A stretch of 64,000 nucleotides of DNA. It comes from Mytilus edulis (lineage: Eukaryota). Of this stretch, positions 38,065 through 50,028 are shown piece after piece (positions within the stretch are counted from its first letter, which is position 1; each line of letters opens with the position of its first letter). The DNA lies in NCBI RefSeq assembly GCF_963676685.1, contig NC_092349.1, positions 31,434,001-31,498,000 on the forward strand, in the 5' to 3' direction. A program made the position numbers and the translations under genes. The notes below the pieces were generated by a model. That model made no database searches and was not told the DNA's origin. It saw nothing but the letters and a program-made list of their open reading frames with translations.

Positions 38065-39349
38065 TTCCTGAAAAAAAAATTAAACACTTTAATTTTGTAT
38101 TTTTATGCGTAGAATATAGATGAAATTTGAATATATTTGATGCGGAATATCTGACTGTCTTCATACTTATATTTGAAACTATATATTCGAAAACTTACAT
38201 ATACAAACTGTAACTAAAGTCAACGTATGTTATTTGATTTGTTACCTATTATTTCTTATTATTAGTCGTCTACAATAGTTGTTGCTTAAGACTACTTATG
38301 TGTCATCACTCCTATATTAGTTTGTATGTGACTGAATGTGTTCCCATGCCATGTTTTGTTTATTAGTAGCATTTTTTGTTTTTTGTTGTTTTGTTGACAC
38401 GGATTCCCTGATCATAAGTTTGTAATTATTATCAAGAAATTAATTTCACATTTGGTAAACCTCTTAGCGTTGTGATAATTATCTTTAAAGACCACTACAT
38501 AAACATGATAAAGTGATCTATAATTAGAGAATTCAAAATAAATATTTAGGCATATATACGGTGTATATTATTCTAAATTTCATGTTTTTGTGGGTTCATA
38601 TACTAGTAATACATAATGATTATGTCATATTTAAGTCAGTGGTATAAAGTTTTCAAAAACATAGTTTCAATATGATATGTTTTGGCAAATTTGAATTTAA
38701 GGGGTCAATTTATGAATGATGACTATTATTTGACGTATGTATTTATTGGTAGTGTATTTAAGGCTGGTTATTTCAGACATTAAAAGTTTCTATATATAAT
38801 ACCTATAAGGATTTACTCTTATATATGTACAGATAAACTCGTTATTTGTAATGTTTGAAAACAAGAATAAAAATGCAGATCGATGGCATTATGATTGCAT
38901 GTGGAAATCACACAGATCTATGAAAACGTAAAGCAGTTCACAGCAGAGATGTTATCTAAAGATGAAAATGCCAAACAATCTTCTGGTATGTTAGTCTAAT
39001 AACATTGCTAATGTACACTCTGCTACGTTTGTTTAGTTAAAAAAAAGTGTGAAATGCTATTATCAGCGCGACAAGTTCATATTGGTTTACCCAAAATATG
39101 GTAACATTGACTAATTGAAATAACATAAAAGAGCAGGAGATGAGAAAACTCCTAAAACTAATTTGAGTATAATTTTGGGAAAACATTTTTAACTCACTAA
39201 ACTAGAAGCAAAAAATAGGATAAATATATTTTTTTGATTGAACAACAAAAATGGAATCAGATGTGATCAGGCATAAAATGATAAATTGTTTGCTTCCTTC
39301 CTGGACACAATTCAGAATTTGCATTAATTCTATTAAACTGATATTATTA

Positions 39350-39948
39350 GTTACATAGTGTGCTAGTGACCTAATACGGTTATATGGGGTCAGTAAATTC
39401 CACAGTGAGTGAGAGCGAAGCTCGAATCCCCATATGGAATTTACTGACCCCATATATACCGTATTACGTCACTGGCACACTATGTAACGAATTTATCTTA
39501 CCGACTATCTTAACGTGTAAAATTTAGACCAGTGACCTATCAAAATAAGCAAGTTTTCATTACAGTTAGCCTTAACATGATTAAGAAACTACTCCATTGA
39601 TCCTACAAAAACAGATGCCAACAATGACAACTTGTTAGATTTTTAGTGTTTTATGAATTTATTTCAATCTTAATCATCAATTTCTTCGTCTGTTGAAACC
39701 TTTACTGAGATTTTTTCTCAGTACTGTTTTGTTTTTCTAAAGGGACGTAACGCCACTACTAACTGTGTATCAAATAAGCCCCGCCTCCCTACTACCTTAT
39801 ATGGAATATAAAGGGACGTATACTCCACTACTAACCGTGTATTAAATAAGCCCCGCCTCCCTACTAACCTAATATCAAATATACACAGTTTCCACAAGGA
39901 CGCTTTTAACCAATCATATTCCTAGAAATGTATAGGAGGTAAGATAAA
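39350..39948. mobile_element. Non-autonomous element: long terminal palindrome plus a second inverted-repeat pair
   Basis: Hairpin 39350-39488 centred on gagcgaagctc. tttatcttacc pairs with ggtaagataaa. Internal ~71-bp direct repeat at 39740-39870. Absent from copy 2. Confidence 0.7.
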
Positions 39949-40849
39949 ATGATATCCTTTTCCAAATATTGGAATTTCAGACCTAAATACTAAACATATC
40001 CATACAGTATGACTGGTATAATAAATGCATTAAAGTTACCCCCAGCAAAATCCATAGCGCATAGCTGATTACTTTTGGTAGTTTTAACATCACATTATTT
40101 TGGGAAGCGTCTAGTTATTGACATAGATGTACTGAAGTATAAATGGTTATATCTAGTTGAAAATAATAGTACTTCAAAAAGATAAAGCAATCTTGAAAAA
40201 AATTATATTAACATAAAAATGATATTAACATAAAAAGCTTTAAAATCGTTCTTTTAAATTTAAATTTTTATAAAGTTGACACAACGAAAAACTGCAAATC
40301 AAAACAGCATGAATAAAAATGTAATGTAAGTAACCACCTATCAGTGTCATCAATCAGCATTTCAATGAAGTCAGTGAATAATATAGGACGAACAAAATAA
40401 TGTAAAATTTATAAACTTGTATGTGTACTATCTTACAAATTTCGTATATTGTTTAATTCTCTTTAAGACCATTAAAATCGTGCAAGGAATATTAAGTGTG
40501 ATTTATAACTATTTTGTGTTTTATACAAAACAAATTAAATATTCACACCCTATTTGTCTTTACATTTGATATGCATTTATATAGATAATTATATATGGAT
40601 CAGTCCCTGTTGACCCCGAAGACAAGACAAGATAAGACAAAGGAACTTATCGAATTAAACAAATGCTTTATTTATATATGCAAAACATGCATTGAAAATG
40701 TGGAAGTAAATACTAAATCTAGCAGTTGTTTAAGGTGAGATGAACATCTCTGTCTTTAATTCGTAAACAATCAGATATTAAGATCATCGGAGTAAACCGT
40801 ACGACAGTACTTTGATTTTATCGTACTATACAAGGAAGTATGATTATAA

Positions 40850-41100
40850 TGGATTTACCTGATTTTTATACCGTTCTATTTACACCCCATTTTAAGTATT
40901 TTCCCATGTTTCTGAAATTTATGCTTACCTTTACTGTTTTTTGACAGTTCAGCACAATACTGCAGTTATATATTTATATTATTTTAAAGGAATATTTACC
41001 TTTCCGATGCAATAATAAAACTTCCACTGGGTGACTTGGACTTGAGTCGACCGATAAAAGGTAGATAACTTGTGTTTGTTTACTACCTGTGTTTAAACCG
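40850..41100 (-). promoter_or_regulatory. Candidate non-coding first exon/promoter of the TRIM-like gene (paralogous blocks at ~52180-52385 and ~58520-58745)
   Basis: The block is very similar in all three copies. Minus-strand donors AAG|GTAAAT (40999), AAG|GTAAGC (40928) and CAG|GTAAAT (40858). Forkhead motif TGTTTAC at 41077-41083. Confidence 0.45.
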
Positions 41101-41868
41101 CATTATAATTGGATACTCTAAAATTGGTTATTATCTATATAGATATAGACAGACATAAAATGTTGAATTTGAACAAGGTTTTGGCAGAAGATGCATCAAC
41201 CCCTTCCCTGTCAATAATGAATTTTAAAGAAAAGGAAACGAGCGGACATTTTTGGTAAACAATTTTTGCATGCCATATAAAAGATATACAACCTCAGACG
41301 AAAGTGGAAACTTTCAAAAGACTTGTTGTATACTTCGACTGTCATTGTCTTTTATTAAACGCCTCGTTTGTCTAAGTTGATATGGTGTAAGAAGTTCAGA
41401 ATGTTGCGCGTCCAATACCTTTTCGGGACAAACCAAATACAAAAATGTATCGAAAATATAATTTATATCCTTTTTTTTGAGAATTGTGAGCTGTTGGCAG
41501 ATCTTTGTTTGTGTCTGTTAAATTTAAAAATCTAAAACTTGGGATTATTTTGAGGTTAATATACTATATAGCTCTATGTGTATTGTTAAATACTCCTTTG
41601 TTGTTGTTTTGCTGATGTATACTCCACATCTCATTTCTTGCTAATCACTGTCTAGGTATCACAACTTATCCTCTAATTGCGTTCAGTCTTACCTTTTAAC
41701 AATGCAGAGCGTCATGCTGTTTGCAGAATGTTTTTGGTATCTTAACACTTGTTCCGTTGGAGGTTTACTAATTTATATTTAATTTTAGGAAAACGTGGTT
41801 TATACAATAGTTATATTTGAGCTTTGGGTTAGCTTTTAGTGACTGCGAGTTCTTTTAATCGATAGTAT

Positions 41869-42152
41869 ATGTCCTTATTGACTTCTATAGTTGTTATTGT
41901 TTTGTTGTTAGTTTTGATCTGGGTGAGTATGCTATAAACACGGAACATATACTTTATGCTGTGACTGCAAATGTACCTTGACATTTTTCAGGCGCAATGG
42001 ATTGTGATGTTTGTCCTCCACCCAAAATTAGTTTATGTGTAGAACTCGGTGGTTGTCCGACTGGACAACTATTATGTGTTAACGGGTGTGGACATAAGTG
42101 GTGAATTCTTAACCATTGAAAACAATTCCCAAATATTTCCATCATTCGCAAG
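41869..42152 (+). pseudogene. Degenerate WAP (four-disulfide core) domain gene fragment
   Basis: Hydrophobic exon MSLLTSIVVIVLLLVLIW|gtgagt (41869-41922), then an exon from 41992 encoding CPPPKISLCVELGGCPTGQLLCVNGCGHKW*. Some cysteines are lost, the phases do not match, and there are stops. Confidence 0.5.
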
Positions 42153-44381
42153 GTATGAAAGTACAATAGGAAAACTTAACATCGAAATGAATTAGACAAC
42201 AATACATTAACTAGAGTACAGTACCTAAAAAAAAGTTAAAAATATAAGTTTATGTTTTTGTAAATTGTCCATAGCATATTAAAAACGGAAGCGATTCTAG
42301 CATGAGAAAGGGGGTATGATCAGTATGAGAGTAATTTATAGATTGTCGGAGAATCAAAGTAACTACTAGAAAAGAATAGCAGACGATATATTAAAAAAAT
42401 GGATACACATTTTTTTACTTTTTTTAAGACTATGTCGTAACATTGATACGAGAATTAAGCACCAAACTATGAGCTTGGTTGAATTAAAAATAGACCGAAT
42501 CAATGTGCATTGTATAACACGAGTGAAAAAAGAATCCCAAAACAATGAAGTATAAATTATTTACTTTTTTATTTTATTTTAAAAAGTTGTCAATTAAATA
42601 TCAACAAAGCACCAACCATCTTACAAGCAAAATAATTAGGGGATTATGTGGAAGTATTAAAATTGTAATATTTTATTTAGAATTTAGATTTTTGTATTCT
42701 ATTAATGTGTTAATCCTTATTTAATCCGTTCGAAAAAAGGATTTGTGAATGTATCTTTTGTTTTTAAAATTACTAGGAAGAAAATTATTTTGAATACGAT
42801 TCATTTGATATTCACTTGGTAGTAGCAACATTTTTTAGATAAAATATTATCTGTTGAAAATTGACATCTAGGAAGAAATTCAGACAGCCTTCATTTTGTT
42901 TCAGAATTATAGAATTTACTTAAACAGTTTGCATTTTTCAGGTTGTTGTGATACATAGCTTTCAAGGTCGATGTGAAGAACAAACTGTAGACATATGACA
43001 CAGGACTACAGATACCAGAGATTAGAAAGAAATTATCAATTAAATTATAATTTCTTCATTTTGATTCTTATTGTATTAACATACAAATTTACCATGTTCC
43101 TTGTTTCCGATTTCTCAGTTCAAAACAAATTGAAACAGAAGTCTCTTAAACTATTATACCTGTTCTCGGACTGTATTTTAACAACGTACAAACAGTTGTA
43201 TAAACAAATGTACCTTGGCATACGGAGTACTGAAAGGGACTTGATCGTGTTGTAAAATAAAATCCATTTTGTGAACACAAAATTCAATTCTTTCGTAACA
43301 GTATCATTCAAGCCTTACAAAACTATGTGATGCATACTTGTTGTATGAAAACTTCCATTTTGTAAACTCATTTGCATACAAAATTGAATTTTGTTACCTG
43401 AAATGGACATTAAAATATAAAAGTCAAATTAGGGAGATAAAACTGAATTTGTTCGCAATTTACATGTTCATTTAATTCGTATCCTTCTTTTTTGTGTAGA
43501 CAAAATTCAGTTTTGTTAGACAGAAATGGAATTCAATACAAAATTGGAGCACCCATATCACAGAGACAGAATTTGACTCTCACCTTTTAAAACAGATAAT
43601 ACTACAAACTATCATCACTGCGAATTGATCATCAGTGTTCTAGGTTGTCTTCTTCTTTGAGTTATATCCTCAGTTCTAGGAGCACCTGTATAACACCTAC
43701 ACCGAATCTTCTAATAGGGCTTTCAAACGGCTATGGGAGACAAACTAATAAACTAATCAAAACTATCAACAAAATAGATCAGTGCATATAAACAGTTCAA
43801 GAAACATGAACCTTAAACATTTCAAGTAGTGTTCAAGCCACCTATGAGCGTTTTTTTCTTTTTAGATGTTCATATAATTAAAAAATAATTTCAAAGTTTG
43901 CATCAAAATTAATTGTTTAGCACATAGACTATTTTCATATTACCATGTTAAGTATATCAAAGTCCAATAGACTATTTTCTTATTACCATGTTAAGTATAT
44001 CAAAGTCCAATAGATTATTTTCATATTACAAACATTTGACTTCGAAATTTTAATTATTTGGACAGGTTACCTACGACATCCTGGTACCAAGTCAAGTTAG
44101 AGCAACGTAAAGGAGTAAAATCAAGCTTTTAATCTTTACAATTTTTGGGGAAAAGAAACCTCTTCATATTTTCTTAACACGACAAACTCATCAGAAATTA
44201 GTAAAATTTCCCCTCAAGTTACACTGATTAAATGTTTGATTCTACTTGTTATGACTGCTTTTAATTGATGTCCTAGGTAACCTGTCAAAAAATAATATTA
44301 ACTGGAGTCAAAAGTCAATCATATGAAAATAGTCTATTAAATCTTTACAGCTGTAAGAAATGTATTTTTCTTTCATTACAG

Positions 44382-44624
44382 TTTAAAGTGGATGGTGAAT
44401 GGTGGACGTGGATAGACTACCCCAAATTTCATCAGTTAGTTAAGGGCTTTAATGAATCACAAAAGGCATTCTCTGCTGAAGATTACATGGCTAAGACTCC
44501 ACCATGGGCTGTGTTTGGAGCAAAGGAACAAGGCTTTGACCCTGTGGAGACCAGATTCTTCAGGAAAAAAACAGAAAGATATTGGAGGATGCTAATATTT
44601 GCATATGTTTTATACCTGCTGTGA
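44382..44624 (+). pseudogene. Duplicated TYW1 terminal exon (orphan or alternative last exon)
   Basis: Nine substitutions relative to 20154-20366, intact ttacag acceptor, and +1 A in an A-run near the end giving ...RKKTERYWRMLIFAYVLYLL*. Confidence 0.85.
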
Positions 44625-46178
44625 ATTTTTAATTGTTGTCATGATATTGTTATGAAGGATATTAAAATATGTAGCATAAACATGTCAAGAATTCTTGATA
44701 ATTCTAATGTTGTTTGTTATGGTTATTTAATTGGAGAGTGTTGGGTAACCAAAAGATTAAAACATGTTTACATGTGTTTTATGAACTCAAAAGTACGAAT
44801 TGTTATCAGGTGAGATGTTTTTTTAAGTGTTGTTAAAATCTTTTATCTCTGGATATGTGAACTTGATTTTGAATAATATGTTATAAAGACTCTGTCTCGT
44901 TATCACATAATTGTGTGCAATAGACTTTTAATTTCAGTTTGCGAATGAGTGAGAAGTTTGATGAACATGTCCATTAACCCCTTCATCATGTTCATTATAA
45001 CCTATATCACCATAATAAATCATATTTATCCATCACATATTCTTAGTCATTTATGTTTTATATCGAGCTAACACGAAGGTTATTTATGAAACAGGTGTTC
45101 TACAAAGTTCCATTTTTATGTTTTTCTACTCGTTTTATGGTTGGGCAATATTTTTGCTTCATTTATCCTATTTTCTTTATAAGCATATTACGGTAAACTG
45201 AATTATAAAAAAGCTCTGTTTAATGAATATGATAGAATTTGTACAGATTCAATACAAAGATGTCTTTTCTATTTGTTCATTGTATTGTTAATTTCTCATT
45301 GCATTTTTACATTTTTGTCAAGCCTGCAACTTCTGTTGCAAAAAGCTCAACATGGGGATAGTGATCCGGCGGTAACATTAACAAACTTCTTAGACGCTTT
45401 ATATTTCATAAGATAAAAGACCTAGATCCTTCATACTTTGTATTTAGATGCCTTATGTTACAAACTTTCTGTCTGTCATATGTTGATTGTCCTTGACCTC
45501 GTTTTCATGCACGGTTCGTATTATGAGGTATAGGATAACCATATTTGGTATGTAGTTACCTTTCAAGGTCATAATACTTGTTTTCACTTAAGCTCAACCT
45601 TATTTCATGCATCAGTGAACCAGATGAAATTTCCGTGGTCAAGTCCATGTCTAAAGTACTATAGGTTATAGGTTTACTATGTTTGGTGTATCAAATGATT
45701 GTATGGTTTACATGTCCAACCAACAGGTGTCATTTGACCTTGACCTAATTTTCATGGTTACCATTTAAGGGTTGCAGTTAATAACCAATAACTGCAATCC
45801 AGATACATTGTAAGTTAAAAAAACTTTGAAGATGTAAAACGCAACAGATTGTTGTGGCATAATGTTCTCATAGCAAGTTCCAAGAATCATAAACAGCATT
45901 AGATTTGAGGTTTCAAATTAAAAGAGTTGAAAATGATGAAAAAAAATACTGTAGATAATGCATTTAAGGTTAAAAAAAACTAATTCGACTTGATTGGAAT
46001 AATATATACATAAATAAAATGTAAAATAGGTTTGCACATTTCGTTTTTTTTGTTCAGATCAAAATTACCTGGTTCTGTACTACCAATCTTCCGACAACCA
46101 GTGGGCTTGAGTATGTAATTAAAAGTATTTTAATTTTTTCAGCACTAGTCGGGATATGGTATAGTTTTGACTATAGAG

Positions 46179-47230
46179 TACCATAGCAGTATTTGGCACA
46201 TTTTTTTTTCGAATTCTGGGTTCTCAATGCTCTTCAACTTTATAATTGTTTAGGTTTTTAACCATTTTGATCTGTGGCTCACTGATGAGTCTTATGTAGA
46301 CGAAACACACGTCTAACGTATAAAAATTATAAGTCTTGATAATAATTTACAGCACTGGGTCGATGCCACTGCTAGTGAACGTTTCGTTCCCGAGGGTATC
46401 AACAGACCAGTAGTAAGCACTTCTCTGTTTACATGAATATCAATTATATGGCCATTTTATTTAAATTTACTGTTTGCAAAAGTATGAATTATTCGGAATA
46501 CTACGGGTTTTCTTAAACCAGGCATATATTACCATAGCCGTATTTTGCAGAACTTTTTGGAATTTTGGGTCCTCTATGCTCTTTAACTTTATACTTCTAA
46601 AGGTTTCTAACCGTTTCGATAAAAGCGTTACTTAGACCTTCTATAGTTAGAAGACGAAACACTGATGAGTCTTATGTAGACGAAACGTGTGTCTGGCTAT
46701 TGAAATAATCAGCCTGGAACTTTTGATAACTATTTACACCACTGGGTCAATGCCACTGCTGGTGGACATTTCGTATCACCAGCCAAGTAGTCAGCACTTC
46801 AGTATTGACATGAATATCAATTATATGGTCATTTTTTGAAAATTTACTGTTTACTGCAAAAGTATGAATTATTCGAAAAACTATGGATTTTCCACAGCGG
46901 TATTTGGCACAACTTTTTGTATTTGTTTTGGTTCTCAATGCTCTTCAACTTTATACTTGTGTGGGTTTCTAACCATTTTGATCTGAGCGTCACTGAGTCT
47001 TATAAAGATAAAACGCGCGTCTGGCGTATTAATTTATAAGCCTGGTACCTTTGACAAATATTTACCATACGGTCGATACCACTGCTGGTGGACGTTTCGT
47101 CCCAGAGGGTATTACCAGCCCAGTAGTCAGCACATGTGTGTTAACATTAATATTAATTATATGCTCTGTTTGGATTTATAATTATTTTAATCTGAGCGTC
47201 ACTGATGAGTCTTATGTAGACGAAACGCGC
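46179..47230 (+). mobile_element. Tandem array of retrozyme-like monomers with four hammerhead motifs
   Basis: CTGATGA cores at 46282, 46662 and 47202, plus a degenerate core at ~46993. Spacing is ~380, ~330 and ~210 nt. Confidence 0.85.
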
Positions 47231-48369
47231 AATATTGCATACATTTTTTTTAATTTTTTTTATTGACAAAGACATTTTCCACATATCCACAGTATGTTGT
47301 TTTTGAGCATGTTATAGTCCGACGCATTTTATGTGAAACAACTCCAAACAGCCATCACAAACCAATAAATACATTGAAATTAACACTTTTCTCAGATTAA
47401 GTTCTTAACAACGAACCATTGAACTGTTTGTTTTGCCTTTGACACTACTCAACTGCTCTTTGGTCAGATTGATGTTTCTTTGACACACTCCATATTGCCA
47501 TTCTCAATCAGTTTAGTATCTTTATGAACATCAAAACAATTTACACTTAAAACAATTTGAACACTATTTGTTAAATAGTATTATTATTATTATTATCATT
47601 ATTACTCAAATTATTCACTACATACCAAAGAATTAAGCAACAAAACTATAGAAGGTTTAAGTTTAAAAAATCTAGCCTACTAGCAGTACTTAATGTAACA
47701 ATAACATAATGTAACTGTAGACACAAATATTATTGTCGCATCAGTAATTAATCGGTTCCTTACCCCACGCTATATTCCGGTAATTAGTCTCCAATGTAAC
47801 AATATTTTTTTTAATTATTGTTACATTTCCATGTAACCATAGCCAGTGCTCTTTCTTAACTCAAAACAAAGTAGCTATTAATGCTTGAAAATGCAGAATT
47901 AAAAACAGAAGCAATGGGGCTATGAACAGGATGAATGATCGGCTTTATTTCTTAATAGGGTACGTATCACTTTTTACTGTCCTCATCTATATGACCCTTT
48001 GGACAGATAGTAATGCCTTACAAGCTAAATATTCTATACAAAACTCACATGTTTATCGTTTTAGATTATGTACATATCTACGCAGAGACAATACTTTTTT
48101 GGGTCAGTTATCAATGTTACGTGATGAACCCAATGTAACAATTTAAGTGATGACGACAAGTAATAAGAAAGCACTGTTCGCATGAATTGTTTTAAGATAT
48201 TTCGTAGTATTGCATGGGAAATTCGTATTATTTTCTTTCATACGAAATGTCTTTCTAATAAAAGAAAAAAACTCAATGATATAGTCATAAAAAATTGAAA
48301 AGTAACGTCTTTATTCAAACATGCAAATGAACATGTTCATTTACTTTTCTACCGATTATTCTTTGTTTT

Positions 48370-50028
48370 TTATGTGCACTGAAATACCAATATCTCTTTG
48401 GTATTGCAATTTGAAATACACAGTTTAGAAAAATCATTACTGAAAGCAAAGCCATATGGATTATTCAGTCCTTCATTTTTTGTCAAAAAAGTTTTAATAG
48501 ATTTATCTTCAAATGAATAAATTTTAAAATGTGCTGCTGCGCATTCTAGTAAATATGCATTTCCTATTCTGTCGAGTTTAACACCAATCAGGTAGTTTAC
48601 ATTTTCAGCAGAGATAGAAGTAACTAATCCATCTAATCCTACGCTTTTCAGTGTGGATTTTCCTATATTACCCTGAGCATAATAAAGTTGATTTTTTTGT
48701 CCAACTGATATGGAGTGTACCTCGCTGCCTCCAACATCAAGTGTCTTCTTTATCTCACCGGTTTTGCACATAATGTATATTCTACCGTAACTACCTACAG
48801 CAATTTGATCGTCAATAAGTGCAATACCATGACATCGTCCGGGTGATTTAATCAGTTGTCCTTTCTTCCTCATTGTAACGACATCTACTGCCTGGACGGA
48901 ATGTTTATCTAGTAGTGTGACCCATGCTGAATTCGCTTCTTCTTCCATAGCTATCCCCCACTGAGGTCCGTCCATTTGTATCGTTGCCAACTGTTGACCT
49001 TTGTCTGACATAACATATAAATTGCTACTGGCAGTATTACATAGGAACAATCTATTATCTTTTGTCACACCTATACCGGCAATAATTGCACCAGCTGCTT
49101 TGAATTTGACATCAAGTTTAAATTGTGTTGGTATCTTTCTCTTCTGCTGCAGGTTTTGTGCTTGCTGACCCTTAAACGGCTTGTATTTGATATCAAAGGA
49201 AGCCTCTTTCATTTCCACTGAACCAAATGATTTGATAAAAGACAACGAATCGGATTCTATAAACGAAAGAGATACACCTTTTTGTGACAATAACAGATCT
49301 TCGAAATCATTGGCCTGACAGTTCAATTCATTTTTCATATTATGAATGAACATAAATATTTGACTTTCTGATCCATGTGTTGTGACGGATTTAAATTGTT
49401 CTGAAATATTTTGCATCTTTTTTTGTCAATCGCATATTTTTTCAAGGTCGTCACCTGATTCTTTTGACAGGTTTGTATGCATTTTGTCAATTACAGACAT
49501 GAGATCTGCTTCCAATTCTTGAATGCGCTTCTGCAATTGTTTCTTCAAGTTTGTAACTTCTTGCTGAACAATCTCCTTACTGTCATTAAGACTGAGCATG
49601 GATTTTCTCTTTTTATCCTCCAGCTCGTTTACAGCAGTATTGAGAATACGGACATCATTGTTAATTTCTTCATACATGGTTGAACGTTTGACTCCTTTTG
49701 CAGCTACTTCAATTGGCAGCAGTTTGTCACATGACCGATGGTCACTAGCCATGCATGACCGACAGCACAATGTATCATGGTCAGAGCAAAAGTATTCTAA
49801 AACCATACCCGGATGAGCATCGCATAATTTATTGACAATGACTGGATTTCCGTCAATCACGTTGACATCTATAACATGATGGGACGCACATGCTTTAATT
49901 GTTCCGTGGACATCTAAACATTCTGAACACAGTGCATCCTCACAGTCTGTACAGTACTTTATAGCTTTGGTGGATTTACTTCGTCTTGAACAGGTTCCAC
50001 AAAACATGTTTGGGGATTTTGACGCCAT
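48370..50028 (-). pseudogene. TRIM-like gene copy 2, interrupted by a single in-frame TGA (49428-49426)
   Basis: ATG at 50028 (MASKSP). The two track ORFs are in the same frame and read CD*QKKMQN, versus CDRRKKIQN in copy 3. Otherwise 552 open codons. Confidence 0.88.

Noticed and set aside
49426-49428. Selenocysteine recoding of the TGA in TRIM-like copy 2
   Set aside because: It aligns to Arg (CGA) rather than Cys in the paralogs, and no SECIS was recognised in the short 3' UTR.
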